From an uncultured Eubacterium sp. (GTDB lineage: Bacteria; Bacillota; Clostridia; Lachnospirales; Lachnospiraceae), in contig CAJTXO010000019.1 in assembly GCA_910583555.1 (NCBI GenBank), positions 5,379 through 69,378 of the forward strand: a stretch of 64,000 nt of DNA, read 5' to 3'. The number at the start of each line of letters is the position of its first letter. Position 1 is the stretch's first letter. Position numbers and translations under genes: made by a program. Shown piece by piece: positions 46,701-58,000 of this stretch. Under the pieces are notes generated by a model. That model was given only the letters and a program-made list of their open reading frames with translations. It was not told the origin of the DNA and searched no databases.

Positions 46701-48385
46701 TTCACATCATTGTAGTCGATCACCGGCTTGAAATTCAGTATCTGCTTATAACCATATCCCTCCTCGCGCACGCCCTGCTGGATCTCGCTGATCCACTGCA
46801 GGAAATACGCATCGTATGGGATGGTATCCAGATAGTTCGTCACCTTTTCGATCTCTTTGTTTACCTCTTCCGTCCGGAAGCCCGCGCCGTTTTTCGACTT
46901 CATCCAGCTTATAAAATCCTGCGGATAATTTTTCGTCACCTTCTGTTCTACATTTCCCGGATCCAATGTGATCTTATACCCCGTGATCTTGCCGAACTTT
47001 CCAGATCTGCCGTTCACATACGTATCACCCACGCTGAATACGAGATTGGACTGGCTCTCATCCCTGTTCGCGTAAATATCCCGCGATCCCATGTCGCCGT
47101 TCCATACCTGCGCGCCGCATTCCACACTGACCTGTACCGGCTCAGCGGACACACTGGAATCTTTTGTACCCGTCCAGTAGCTGAGCGCGTTGGCCGCCTC
47201 CAGAGATACATTGAACTTCCTGTTCATCGCGCACAGGCCATAAAATTTTACATAAGATCTTGGCGTTTTTCCGCCGTTTTCCGCGATCTCAACGGCCGCT
47301 TTTACGATCTCCCCTTCTTCACATGCTTTCAGATCGTCCAGCATGACCTGAAAACGTCCGCTTCCGGCCACGTCCATCTCGATCTTCTTCTCTGTCTCAT
47401 ATGGCGCAAAGGCCAGTGTCTCATTTTTTTCCTCATAATTTGTCCCGGCCTGCGCCGTGTCCCCGCACGTGCGCACCGTCATATCACAGATCGAGTACTC
47501 CGCCCCCGTCCTTTTCACCGTGAGCACCGCTTTCCCGTCCGCGGCCCGGTATTCCGGTTGGGAAAAGGAGATTTTGGAGTGCTCCGCCTTCTCGTCGTCC
47601 TCGATTGAAATGGCACATGTCGTCACCTGAAAGATCTCCGCCCCCTCCGCGTTCGCCAGCAGAAGCGAAAATCCTTCGGTTCCCTCGCTCTTTTCGTCCT
47701 CCAGTATACGGAACCTGACTGTTTTGGACTTTTCTCCCGCATCAAACGTGATCGTGCACTTACTGGAAGCGTCGATATTTTCCATCGTATCGCCCACTAA
47801 TACATCGGACATCGATTCCACAAAGCTTTTTTCCTCTATCTCGCGAAGTTCTCTCGATGCTACGCCCGTCTGCGCTTCCTTTTTGGCGGCAAGGGCACTG
47901 ACTTCGCTCGCGCTCTTCCCCTCGCTCCTGCCCGCGGTGCTTTGAGAGGCGGCGTCCGGCAGCTTATTACCATCGTCTGCGGAAACCTGTCCTTTCACAT
48001 ACTTTTCCAAAAGCGTCTTCCCGTCCCCGCTCTGCTCCACATCCTCCATCACTAATTCATAGTCCTCACCGTAAACGGCAGACATATCGAGCGTTCTCAC
48101 CTCGACGGACGCCGCGCTGTCAAAGTCTCCCTCGCGGTATACGCGCACCTCGTACTCGCCCCGCTCTTTCACCGTAGCAGCCGCCGTGCCAAAATAGATA
48201 CAATTTCCCTCCGGCAGGCTGTCGGCGGGCAGCCGCGACGCCTGAAAGCAGACTGGACTTTTTGCCCCTGCCGCAGCCCGCACATCCGGCGCCACGCCCT
48301 GGCCAAACGGCAGTACGAGACTCGCGCACAGCAGTATACTGACGGTCTTCTTTCCAAATCCTTTCCATTTTTCCTTTACGTTCAT
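40712..48385 (-). CDS. Giant (2557 aa) secreted multidomain surface protein: signal peptide, Calx-beta repeats, large uncharacterised core, beta-propeller-like region, CARDB-like repeats, Big_2, collagen-like G-K-P-G-A linker, Lys-rich Big_2-like tail
   Basis: Uninterrupted ORF. The signal peptide is KKTVSILLCASLVLPFGQG. Calx-beta-like segments include VRTLDMSAVYGEDYEL and FDAGEKSKTVRFRILEDEKSEGTEGFSLLL. CARDB-like segments include ITFEVVNNGLLPAEG and VITNAGNAASKPG. The Big_2 segment is YYSTNPDVAPVDENGVVTGKSDGTATVYA. No LPXTG, SLH or CWB2 motif was seen. Confidence 0.85.
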   Translation of the reverse strand: MNVKEKWKGFGKKTVSILLCASLVLPFGQGVAPDVRAAAGAKSPVCFQASRLPADSLPEGNCIYFGTAAATVKERGEYEVRVYREGDFDSAASVEVRTLDMSAVYGEDYELVMEDVEQSGDGKTLLEKYVKGQVSADDGNKLPDAASQSTAGRSEGKSASEVSALAAKKEAQTGVASRELREIEEKSFVESMSDVLVGDTMENIDASSKCTITFDAGEKSKTVRFRILEDEKSEGTEGFSLLLANAEGAEIFQVTTCAISIEDDEKAEHSKISFSQPEYRAADGKAVLTVKRTGAEYSICDMTVRTCGDTAQAGTNYEEKNETLAFAPYETEKKIEMDVAGSGRFQVMLDDLKACEEGEIVKAAVEIAENGGKTPRSYVKFYGLCAMNRKFNVSLEAANALSYWTGTKDSSVSAEPVQVSVECGAQVWNGDMGSRDIYANRDESQSNLVFSVGDTYVNGRSGKFGKITGYKITLDPGNVEQKVTKNYPQDFISWMKSKNGAGFRTEEVNKEIEKVTNYLDTIPYDAYFLQWISEIQQGVREEGYGYKQILNFKPVIDYNDVKVEVLNPKGAAGGHFSDEDLKAGREYTFHAGDSLDLSGEAAEEGYDCVGYQVSTDGKRFNTIMDGSDLFLESFQKYWIRPLVMKSDNKVEIRFADDDAASRFEIAGLIDQSLLEANDKGKNILNLQPGKGPVAEKMKPVPNKDYVLNIRAKDGMGEDDSYVYRPTVKFQTANTTYTTQYFPFTAAAEAEDNIIVIGVSKVLKSSLRQYTVKGTLVSAYPPIRSDGLAVKKLPVSSYTLSVGKGGQTKDNNGTPLIDTACTTPGKNGVYEMSGITGVSGDVIPMLMTDGASFGQIADVKLDDTYEAAAGGYMVNSGNTEIHYPHDMPKVTSISYRYERDENNAKANNLQNSVRIYDDALVITAKADPGRDSIKEAVFTVYTATGQTDEYRVRESEGNSNTFECRIPKMPENLHNGDRIKVRLVSSRSYRVDVGQNGHYDEDGNFILDDIRDDEGNPITGGSFPIEYPDRDTGLVFYVENEHAVAQSFEMKQSSAVNVPLIGNATGEADSGLLTFGKTWWDNEKTGYTLQVGVDGSLGNLPNLSASQKRQAYSNFHNNVTKAKKTKSDAAAETILLGMYEDSQASGEFGEGDLKAEKKAMDNALKAIRKDKNSKAKKTMAGMNKSAWNVEVAFVMAFDFVYNPVKDEYTFSCGSVAVGGTFTFNKTAYTMISTVPAFVNFALTLQGNCTVAYTTKNGREALTAGDFNSYGGNLAERLGDPESSFSLMFSGKAQAGVGLCGILSARGYVTLKLQFDIGLTEGSPSGALIGSTGGIGVDLLIFSIDVNLYSVTKGWGSLEGRTIYNFFGGLLSADSKKSKQRAASADVQSDPVLKEYGDGETVTRHDYSSGTSEMETFGSSGAKRRAAMEIVQFQTLLDNATEHARPKIIALDDENKKKMVVFLGSRGGADTANDQALYYAVHDGTAWSMPKIVANDGTVDAAPEVLRKDGKVIVAWADANRAFTDTDTSVQKLNAMGISLAVYDIAAKTMGEEVTLVDDNYFNLAPQINMDGTNIYVSYMKRDLATVEKETDLLDVEKVYSAMAYKTYDYQTETMQDEETFVTICHDTLSDPLVFDHHSATAEVNGDTYMISTYTIDEDRDLYSDADRELFISIYNITKNKQYYPIQITRDSVSQSSPKLTELGGTLYLTWLREGYVINITNVSEILEALFDTSKQETVSPENGTTEQVTVNKEVFINGHIESQNKLNQDWYKKSAVELGMDEKHYEDSIYEELANEKFRVDHANIARSEERMTSVSSYTLTSNGDDLYLFYTDFGAEESSTGVELFGVRYKRGIENADASGSGDWGFGKAVQITDRNKVIDELDLYMAADSSVSAVSNHFDQWIDENGAIRYGTNKLVNIEFNPFSSLGVEEDGITLPSRLAAGEQDDITFEVVNNGLLPAEGFDYTVSQITNGVETVINTEQNHMDVALDAGEGTEVTVPWVIPENLADTSIKVTVTESGVSAGSGKQAQCIREVPYKSSLQFNETDIVWKDDAPYVETVITNAGNAASKPGKGTLGALDENGDPVREYGEIEIPALASGEEQRLEIPFTPGVDDFNERGIIDLELNVREEEKEKITAQTHVKLSSSVPVCAQIGDGGDIELTGGSTAALQAKAAPWNDVAGEVCYYSTNPDVAPVDENGVVTGKSDGTATVYAYYLNSGLAASVNVNVSGSSGPQPSKTPTSSALPTAPASAAPEGSAFPAVSGKPGATEGPGATGKPGASGKPGASSKPGASGEPGSTDKPTTTGKPTSSGKPVSSASPSVPSSAAPTGKPSSSAPPAPWVTPPNPALPTGMPQPPSQQDPGLSQVPGDRNTGTTADASGTKAIVPGKKSVVIAPGKSVKVAYRAEVDAPFAGKPAEVTASVSGNKKISAKLTGSGVLITANKKAVRGSSASLVLQSKNAGGSVVKAVVKVKVQNKVKKLSLKKKTIVLKKGGKKKIVLAVKAQNNKKAVTDAVKVSSKLVRLVKSSAKKKKVMLTLKGKKKGEKQVVIRVGRRR
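41493..41600 (-). repeat. Six tandem 18-nt in-frame repeats (CCCGGCTTTCCTGNNGCT) encoding G-K-P-G-A-S/T hexapeptides
   Basis: The units start at 41493, 41511, 41529, 41547, 41565 and 41583, all inside the giant gene. Confidence 0.85.
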
Positions 48386-48494
48386 CCTATCTCAACTCCT
48401 CGCATCATAATCTTTATTTGTGGTTTCTGCACATCTCAAGTAGTCCTGATGGACTTATTTTATCATAATTCCATCCGCCCCCGACCGGCATTTC

Positions 48495-48525
48495 ACAAAG
48501 GAAAACCCGCATTATACAAAGGAAA
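48495..48525. promoter_or_regulatory. Candidate LytTR-type binding site: two perfect 10-bp direct repeats ACAAAGGAAA, 21-bp start-to-start
   Basis: Copies at 48495-48504 and 48516-48525, with an 11-nt spacer. They lie in the divergent intergenic region between the giant gene and the LytTR two-component operon. Confidence 0.5.
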
Positions 48526-48549
48526 TTTCTACATATCCCGACAATGGCA

Positions 48550-48577
48550 TTGACAATATGGCAAAACATGTTAAAAT
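48550..48577 (+). promoter_or_regulatory. Sigma-A promoter of the LytTR two-component operon
   Basis: TTGACA (48550-48555), a 16-nt spacer ending in TGT, then TAAAAT (48572-48577). Confidence 0.6.
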
Positions 48578-48662
48578 ATTTTGAAGGATGGCAGGCGTTG
48601 TGAATGTGAACCAACGAAGTGATCCGCGATACGACAATGATAAACAAAAAGGAATGGTTGAT

Positions 48663-49397
48663 ATGCTGCTTCATATTGCCGTCTGCGATGACGACGAGAA
48701 CGATCTGAACTCCCTCTTATCACATCTTTCTGCTGTCTGCGCTGACCTTGAACTACTCACACAGATCGATAGCTTTACGTCCGGGGAGCACTTTCTTTCC
48801 GCATGTATTGCCAAAAATTATGATATTGTTTTTATGGATATCTACCTGAACGATATAAACGGAATTGATGCCGTGCGGGATGTCCAGATAAACTGGCCGC
48901 AGACGAGCCATTACGTATTTACGACCATCAGCAGCGAGCACGCCATAGAAGCCTTTAACCTGAACGCCGCGCACTACCTCGTAAAACCGCTGAAACGCGA
49001 AAAAATAAGGGAAGCCGTAGAGCGCTGTATTTCTTTTTATCCCGCCAAAAATAAAAGAAGCCTGGAAATAAAAACAGGCAGAAAACAGATTTCGATCCCG
49101 ATGGAGGATATTACCTATATCGAGGTGACAAATACGCGCTGCGCCGTGCACACACAAGATCGCAGCTTTCAGACCTACACCTCGCTAAACGCCCTGTTTA
49201 CTTTGCTTGATGAGGACTTATTTCTGCGCGTGCAGAAAAGTTTTGTCGTCAATATGGCGTTTATCGATTCTTTCTTTTATGACCATATTGTATTAAAGGA
49301 TGGCACTGAGATTTCCATATCCAGAAACAAGCGGACGGAACTGAAAAAACAATATCAGGACTTTTTATTTAGGTTTGTAAGGGGGCACGGATCATGA
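48663..49397 (+). CDS. LytTR/AgrA-family response regulator
   Basis: ORF 48588..49397, ATG at 48663 (MLLHIAVCDDDEND) with an AAGGAA RBS. It has a receiver domain (DIVFMDIYL) and a C-terminal LytTR domain (ITYIEV...RVQKSFVVNM). Confidence 0.85.
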   Translation: MLLHIAVCDDDENDLNSLLSHLSAVCADLELLTQIDSFTSGEHFLSACIAKNYDIVFMDIYLNDINGIDAVRDVQINWPQTSHYVFTTISSEHAIEAFNLNAAHYLVKPLKREKIREAVERCISFYPAKNKRSLEIKTGRKQISIPMEDITYIEVTNTRCAVHTQDRSFQTYTSLNALFTLLDEDLFLRVQKSFVVNMAFIDSFFYDHIVLKDGTEISISRNKRTELKKQYQDFLFRFVRGHGS

Positions 49398-50767
49398 TCA
49401 TTTTTTTGCAGCTATTCGCGGGAGCGGTCGTCGACCTCGCCCCTTTTGCCCTGTTGTGCGCGTTTCCCTTTACCGGGTATTTCCGTCTGCCGCGCCGGAA
49501 AAGCATTCTCATCACCATTTCCCTTATCGTCGGATCCGCCCTCGCTTACGCCGCGGCGGGAACGTACCTGGCCTTTATCCTTCCCTTTGATAACCGGCTC
49601 TATCAGGCGATCAGCGCCGTCTTTATCTGCTGTACGATCGTCTGCTTTTTCTGGTATCTGTACGCCGTCCGGGCGATCTGGCAGAAGAAAGCGTTTATCT
49701 TTCTATTTGCCATGACAAGCGCGCTATTTATCAATTCCATCTGCAACTGCATCCTGAATTTCCTGCCGGGGCCGGGAAGCTGGATTCCCGATACCCCGAT
49801 CACGATCGCGGCCGCGCTCATCTCCAATGCGGCGGTCGTCCCGTTTTTATGTTTATTCCTCAAATATTTTTATCTGCCTGTCGAAGACGGGATGAGCGCC
49901 AAAGAGATCGGATACCTCTCCATTCCCCTGCTGCTTCTGTTCACCACGTTTTTCGTCGTATTTTCCTATGTAGACTTTATCTATATCATCTCAAATATAA
50001 CTGCGCTTTCCTTATATTTCGGCCTTCTTCTCACCGTATTTCTCCTGTACGGCGTGATCTTTAAAATGTATTCCCTCGCCCATGAAAGATATCTGGCCGA
50101 TGAAAAATACGCGCGGTCGCAGTACCAGGAAGAAATCCGCGGCGAACAATACAAGCGGATTTACGAAAATATAGAGAACAGCCGTAAAATGCGGCACGAC
50201 CTGCGGCATCATATGGTGATCCTCCAGGGTTACCTCGAGTCCGGCGATCACGAAAAAGCGAGAGACTATCTGAAAAGTATGGAGGATCATAAGATCGTAA
50301 AATACTGCAGCAATCCGGTCGTCAATATGCTGATCAGTCATTATAGCGATCTCGCGAAAGCGCAGGATATCGCGTTTTCGATCCACGTCCATATCCCGGA
50401 CAAACTTGCGCTGCCGGATACCGACCTCTCCGTACTGGTGGGCAATCTTCTGGATAACGCCGTCAGCGCGGCCGCCACCGCGGCGGAGGCAGACCGGGTG
50501 ATCCGCCTGAACATGAACTGTTCCGGGAAAATGTTTGGCGTTACCGTTGATAATGGCTTTGACGGGGAAGTGAAGCAAAATGGCAGGGAGTATTTCTCCA
50601 CAAAATCCGGCGGCCAGGGGCTTGGCCTGAAAATACTGGCGGATATCGCGGAGAAATACGATGGCGGAGTGGAATTTACCCATGAAGCCGCGATGTTTCA
50701 TTCGTCGGTCATGCTGCGGCTGCCTCCCGCTCCCGCCCGCCCTCCATTACATACCGATCCGCAGTGA
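49394..50767 (+). CDS. AgrC/ComD-like GHKL sensor histidine kinase (6-7 TM N-terminus)
   Basis: 457 aa. H-box RKMRHDLRHHM and ATP-lid motifs NLLDNAV and GGQGLGLKI. The start overlaps the response-regulator stop (ATGA). Confidence 0.85.
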   Translation: MIIFLQLFAGAVVDLAPFALLCAFPFTGYFRLPRRKSILITISLIVGSALAYAAAGTYLAFILPFDNRLYQAISAVFICCTIVCFFWYLYAVRAIWQKKAFIFLFAMTSALFINSICNCILNFLPGPGSWIPDTPITIAAALISNAAVVPFLCLFLKYFYLPVEDGMSAKEIGYLSIPLLLLFTTFFVVFSYVDFIYIISNITALSLYFGLLLTVFLLYGVIFKMYSLAHERYLADEKYARSQYQEEIRGEQYKRIYENIENSRKMRHDLRHHMVILQGYLESGDHEKARDYLKSMEDHKIVKYCSNPVVNMLISHYSDLAKAQDIAFSIHVHIPDKLALPDTDLSVLVGNLLDNAVSAAATAAEADRVIRLNMNCSGKMFGVTVDNGFDGEVKQNGREYFSTKSGGQGLGLKILADIAEKYDGGVEFTHEAAMFHSSVMLRLPPAPARPPLHTDPQ

Positions 50768-51247
50768 GGCAAACAGGCAGAAGGAACAGAAAAAGATGAG
50801 AACAAAACATCCGGAGAGATCCCGAAAAAAGTGGTTTCTCCATTTGCCGCGCACGGAAGCCAGCGGCGAGACACCAGTCATCTGGTACACCAGATACATC
50901 AAAAACGTCATGATCACCATATAGACCGCGTTGCGCAGTAGCGCTTCCGCCACGAAGATCAGCACCAGATGTGTCATCAGATACGCCGCGTCCCCTTCAT
51001 ATAGGTGTTTTTGCGCCAATCCGATCAGATATGCCGTAAACGGCCCCGTCATCGCTGACAGAAAGGTAACGGTGATCTGTGGATTTTCCGACAGGAGGGC
51101 CGAAATATCACCGCCTCCCGGAAACATGCGCAAATATCCCACCGCCACAAGCGGCGCCAGTGTCAGAAGGGTTTTAGCGATCGCAAACCATCTGTCTTTT
51201 GCGTGAAGATCTGCCGCGATCCTGATCTGTTCCTTTTTCTTTGCCAT
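50747..51247 (-). CDS. Hypothetical 4-5-TM membrane protein, third gene of the alpha-glucoside operon
   Basis: 166 aa. The ATG lies 23 nt after the GH4 stop, with a GGAGG RBS. Its 3' end overlaps the convergent kinase gene by 21 nt. Confidence 0.6.
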   Translation of the reverse strand: MAKKKEQIRIAADLHAKDRWFAIAKTLLTLAPLVAVGYLRMFPGGGDISALLSENPQITVTFLSAMTGPFTAYLIGLAQKHLYEGDAAYLMTHLVLIFVAEALLRNAVYMVIMTFLMYLVYQMTGVSPLASVRGKWRNHFFRDLSGCFVLIFFCSFCLFASLRIGM

Positions 51248-51270
51248 AGCCCTGCCTCCGATCCAATCTC

Positions 51271-54766
<3,496 letters not shown>

Positions 54767-54810
54767 AGATGTAACACATCCCTTCTATCGTTATTTGCCA
54801 GTGTCGTGTA

Positions 54811-54862
54811 TAGTGTACTGTACCGTTCACATTTGACTGAAAATGAACGGTACAGTACACTA
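54811..54862. promoter_or_regulatory. 19-bp perfect inverted repeat (TAGTGTACTGTACCGTTCA / TGAACGGTACAGTACACTA) with 14-nt spacer, 45 nt upstream of the PTS start codon
   Basis: Arms at 54811-54829 and 54844-54862. A third TACCGTTC half-site lies at 54911-54918. Confidence 0.6.
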
Positions 54863-55070
54863 TTACTATTGGCAAAAGGGCGGAATAAAATTCTTATAAA
54901 GCGCAAAAAATACCGTTCCATACGCCCGCTGTTCTCCCTCATAGACAACCGAAATCTAATTTACTGTCAATCATCAATATAGTACCAGTTTTCATCAAAA
55001 TATTACAAGCTTTCTCAATGCAATTCGTATACTATATACTTATAAAATCTAAAAATGAGGAGGTAGTAAT

Positions 55071-58000
55071 ATGAGACAGATGCTAAAGAGAATTTTGGCA
55101 TATACACTCACGGCAGCTATGGTATTACCGGCGATCGGAACCAGGCCGCGGACGGTGGCAGCAGAAGACACCTATGCACCCACAATGACTGTAGATATGA
55201 CAAATGAACTGGGCGACATCATGCATGGCGCTTCCGGATTTCTTTACGGAATAAGCAGTGAAGATGTCCCTACCATGAACCTGATCACGCCGTTAAAGCC
55301 TAAAGTGCTGGCTACAAAGGGGGCGCTTGGCACGGAACATCCCTATGCGGATGCTCTTGACGTGGCAGAAACATTTCTTGAATCAGGCGGACAGATGGTC
55401 CAGATGTATAACAGCAACTTTTATGCTATTTTCGGGCCTAAGCAGTATTATCAGGACTATGTTGTGCAGTTGAAAGAGGTTATTGTTCCGTATGTTACGG
55501 AATGGAAAGACAACTGGAAGAAAAAGCACCACCATGACCCGGAAACGGGACTTGACGATCTGGGGCTTAATATTGATAAAGCGCTTGTCTATCTTCCTAT
55601 CAATGAGGGAGACTCAAGAAGGAGCAAAGTTGACGGCGAAGATTTCAGGCAGGTATTTGAAGCATACTATAAAGCCATAACAGAGGTTGATCCGCTTGCA
55701 ACCGTCGGCGGTATGAACCCGGCAGAGTATTCATGGACACACGTTCCGCCGGAGTGGCAGTGGGACGGCTGGCACACATGGCTCAGTTATCTCTATGACA
55801 ATAACGCATTACCTGACGTAATTACATGGCATCAGCTAGAAAGAAATGAAAACAGATACAAAAATGATATTGATGAATTTACCCATCTCAGAAATATATT
55901 TGCCGGCGAGGGAAACGAAGACGTGCCATACGGAAAAGTAAATAATGTCAATGTCAATAAAATTCCGGCTGACACCCCTCCTATTGTAATAAATGAAATA
56001 GCACAATCCGACGAATGCGGTGTTCCGGGAGCGCTTGTCAGCTGGCTGGGACGCTTTGAGGACGCACAGGCTTACGGCTGTCTGCCGTTTTGGCATCAGG
56101 CAGATAACCTGAACGACCTTGCCGCCGATGCGAACGAAGCAAACAGCGCATGGTGGCTTTATAAATGGTATGCAGACATGGAAGGCCAAAGGTTAAAAAT
56201 CACGACTGACGATAAGTATTCCGGGTTATACGGCGTTTCAACAATTGATAACAAACAAAAAAAAGCAACTACTTTATTCGGCCTCGGAAGCGAAGACGGA
56301 GATGCAAAAGTTATTTTGAAGGATCTTGATAAAACAGATACGTTTTCCGCAGCCAAAAAGGTTCATGTAAAAATTGATGCCGCCTATTTCAAGGGCTTTA
56401 ACAGCGCAAGCGAACCGGAAACCGTACTTGAAGGCGCCGTTGCCCTTACTGACGGAGATCTTGTTATTGAAATGAAAGATACGCTGCGTTCCACAGGATA
56501 CAGGCTGACGGTAACTCCCGCACAGGAAAATGAAGAAATAGGAAAATTGAAGAGCGGTCCATTTCATGCAATATATGAGGCAGAGGAAGCCGAGAGAGTC
56601 GGAACAGGACAGCTTGGAGTAGTGACAAGCACGAAATATTTTCTGTCAGGGGCTCGTGTGAGCGAAGCGACAGACGATAAAAATCAAATCGGCGGCAGCG
56701 GGCTTAACAATTTCAGCCAAAACAGGGGGTTAGAGTATCAGGTTGAGGTTCCTCAAACCGGAAGATATAAACTTGAGTTTATATACGGAAACCAGGTCGG
56801 AATGAATCGGGGAAGCGAAACGAAACATAAGCCTGAAAACCGTAAGCAGCAGCTGACCATTGACGGCGAAACTTCTGATATGATACTTAAAAATACGATG
56901 GAAAAAGAGTGGACGGCAATCTATACCCGATATGTTGACTGGGAAAAAGGAAAGCACAGCATAACAATTATGGGAGATACGCCGACAGCGGAAAGTAATA
57001 TCATGCAGGATGCCCTGCACGTTACAGCCGCCTCGGAATCCGCAGAAGAACCTACCGTGTATAACAAAGTATTTGAGGCAGAAGAAGGCGACTTTTCATT
57101 TAACGCCCTTCATCCGGGAGTAAATCCTGCGCAGATCAAAAAGGATATCGCAGGATATACAGGCAGCGGTTATGTCAGCGGGCTTGATAAAAAAAGTGTA
57201 GAAGACGGCGGCGGAATCCGATTTAATGTCGTTGTAGAAAAAAGCGGACTTTATCATATTGATTTGAGATACCGTTCGGAGCTTGCAGGAAAAGCAACCA
57301 TATATACCGGTAATGCAGCAAGAGTATTTAACGGCAATAAAAAGGAGATTGGCGTTACAAATACCAATGGTACGTGGATGAACAGCGAAGTTGCCGTGTA
57401 TTTACAAAAAGGAGTTAATATTATTGATGTTGACGCCACGGTGGATATACAGCTTGACAGCCTGCATGTGAAAGAGTGGAGCGAGGAAAAAAATTATTCT
57501 CAGGAATTTAATGCCGTTGATGCTATTCCTGCAAGTGCAAAAACGACGGACATCGAGTATGATGTCTGGAGTGTAAGATGGAATGAGGATTATAAGGATA
57601 CGATATACGCCGGATTGCTTAATGGCGCAGAACCATATGCAACCCAAAATACCGTTGACAAAATTGCAGATTCCGAACTCACTCCTGATGGAGAACCGGT
57701 TTCTTACGTTGTGGGACGCAGCCTTTCGGGTGATGAAAATGCAGAAAACGATGTTGACAAATACCTTGAGTTTGAAGTTTCCGTACCAAACGCCGGCATC
57801 TACGCCATGCAATTATTCCATTCGAATGATGAGATTTTCGGAACACATAGCTACAATACGAAAATCATCGATAAATTTGCCAATATTAAAGTAAATGACG
57901 AGGCGGCCAAAAGGTACTTCTTCATTAACACGATTTCCCGTGATACCTTTAAGGAAAAAACGGTTTATATCGATCTGAAAGCGGGAAAAAATAAAATCAA

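Noticed and set aside
48414-48674. An 86-aa minus-strand ORF in the giant-gene/LytTR intergenic region, considered as a possible signalling pre-peptide.
   Set aside because: It spans both promoters and the start of the response-regulator gene on the other strand, has no RBS, and has an odd Cys/His/Ile-rich composition.
50747-51247. The 166-aa membrane protein, considered as an AgrB-like peptide-processing partner of the AgrC/AgrA-like system.
   Set aside because: It is on the opposite strand and is translationally linked to the GH4/PTS operon. It lacks the conserved His...Cys catalytic pair spacing of AgrB.
54811-54862. The PTS-leader inverted repeat, considered as a CcpA cre site or an intrinsic terminator/RAT antiterminator.
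   Set aside because: The arms do not fit the cre consensus (TGWAANCGNTNWCA) when aligned in either register. There is no U-tract on either strand. No BglG/LicT-type antiterminator gene is present. It is kept as an unexplained regulatory element instead.
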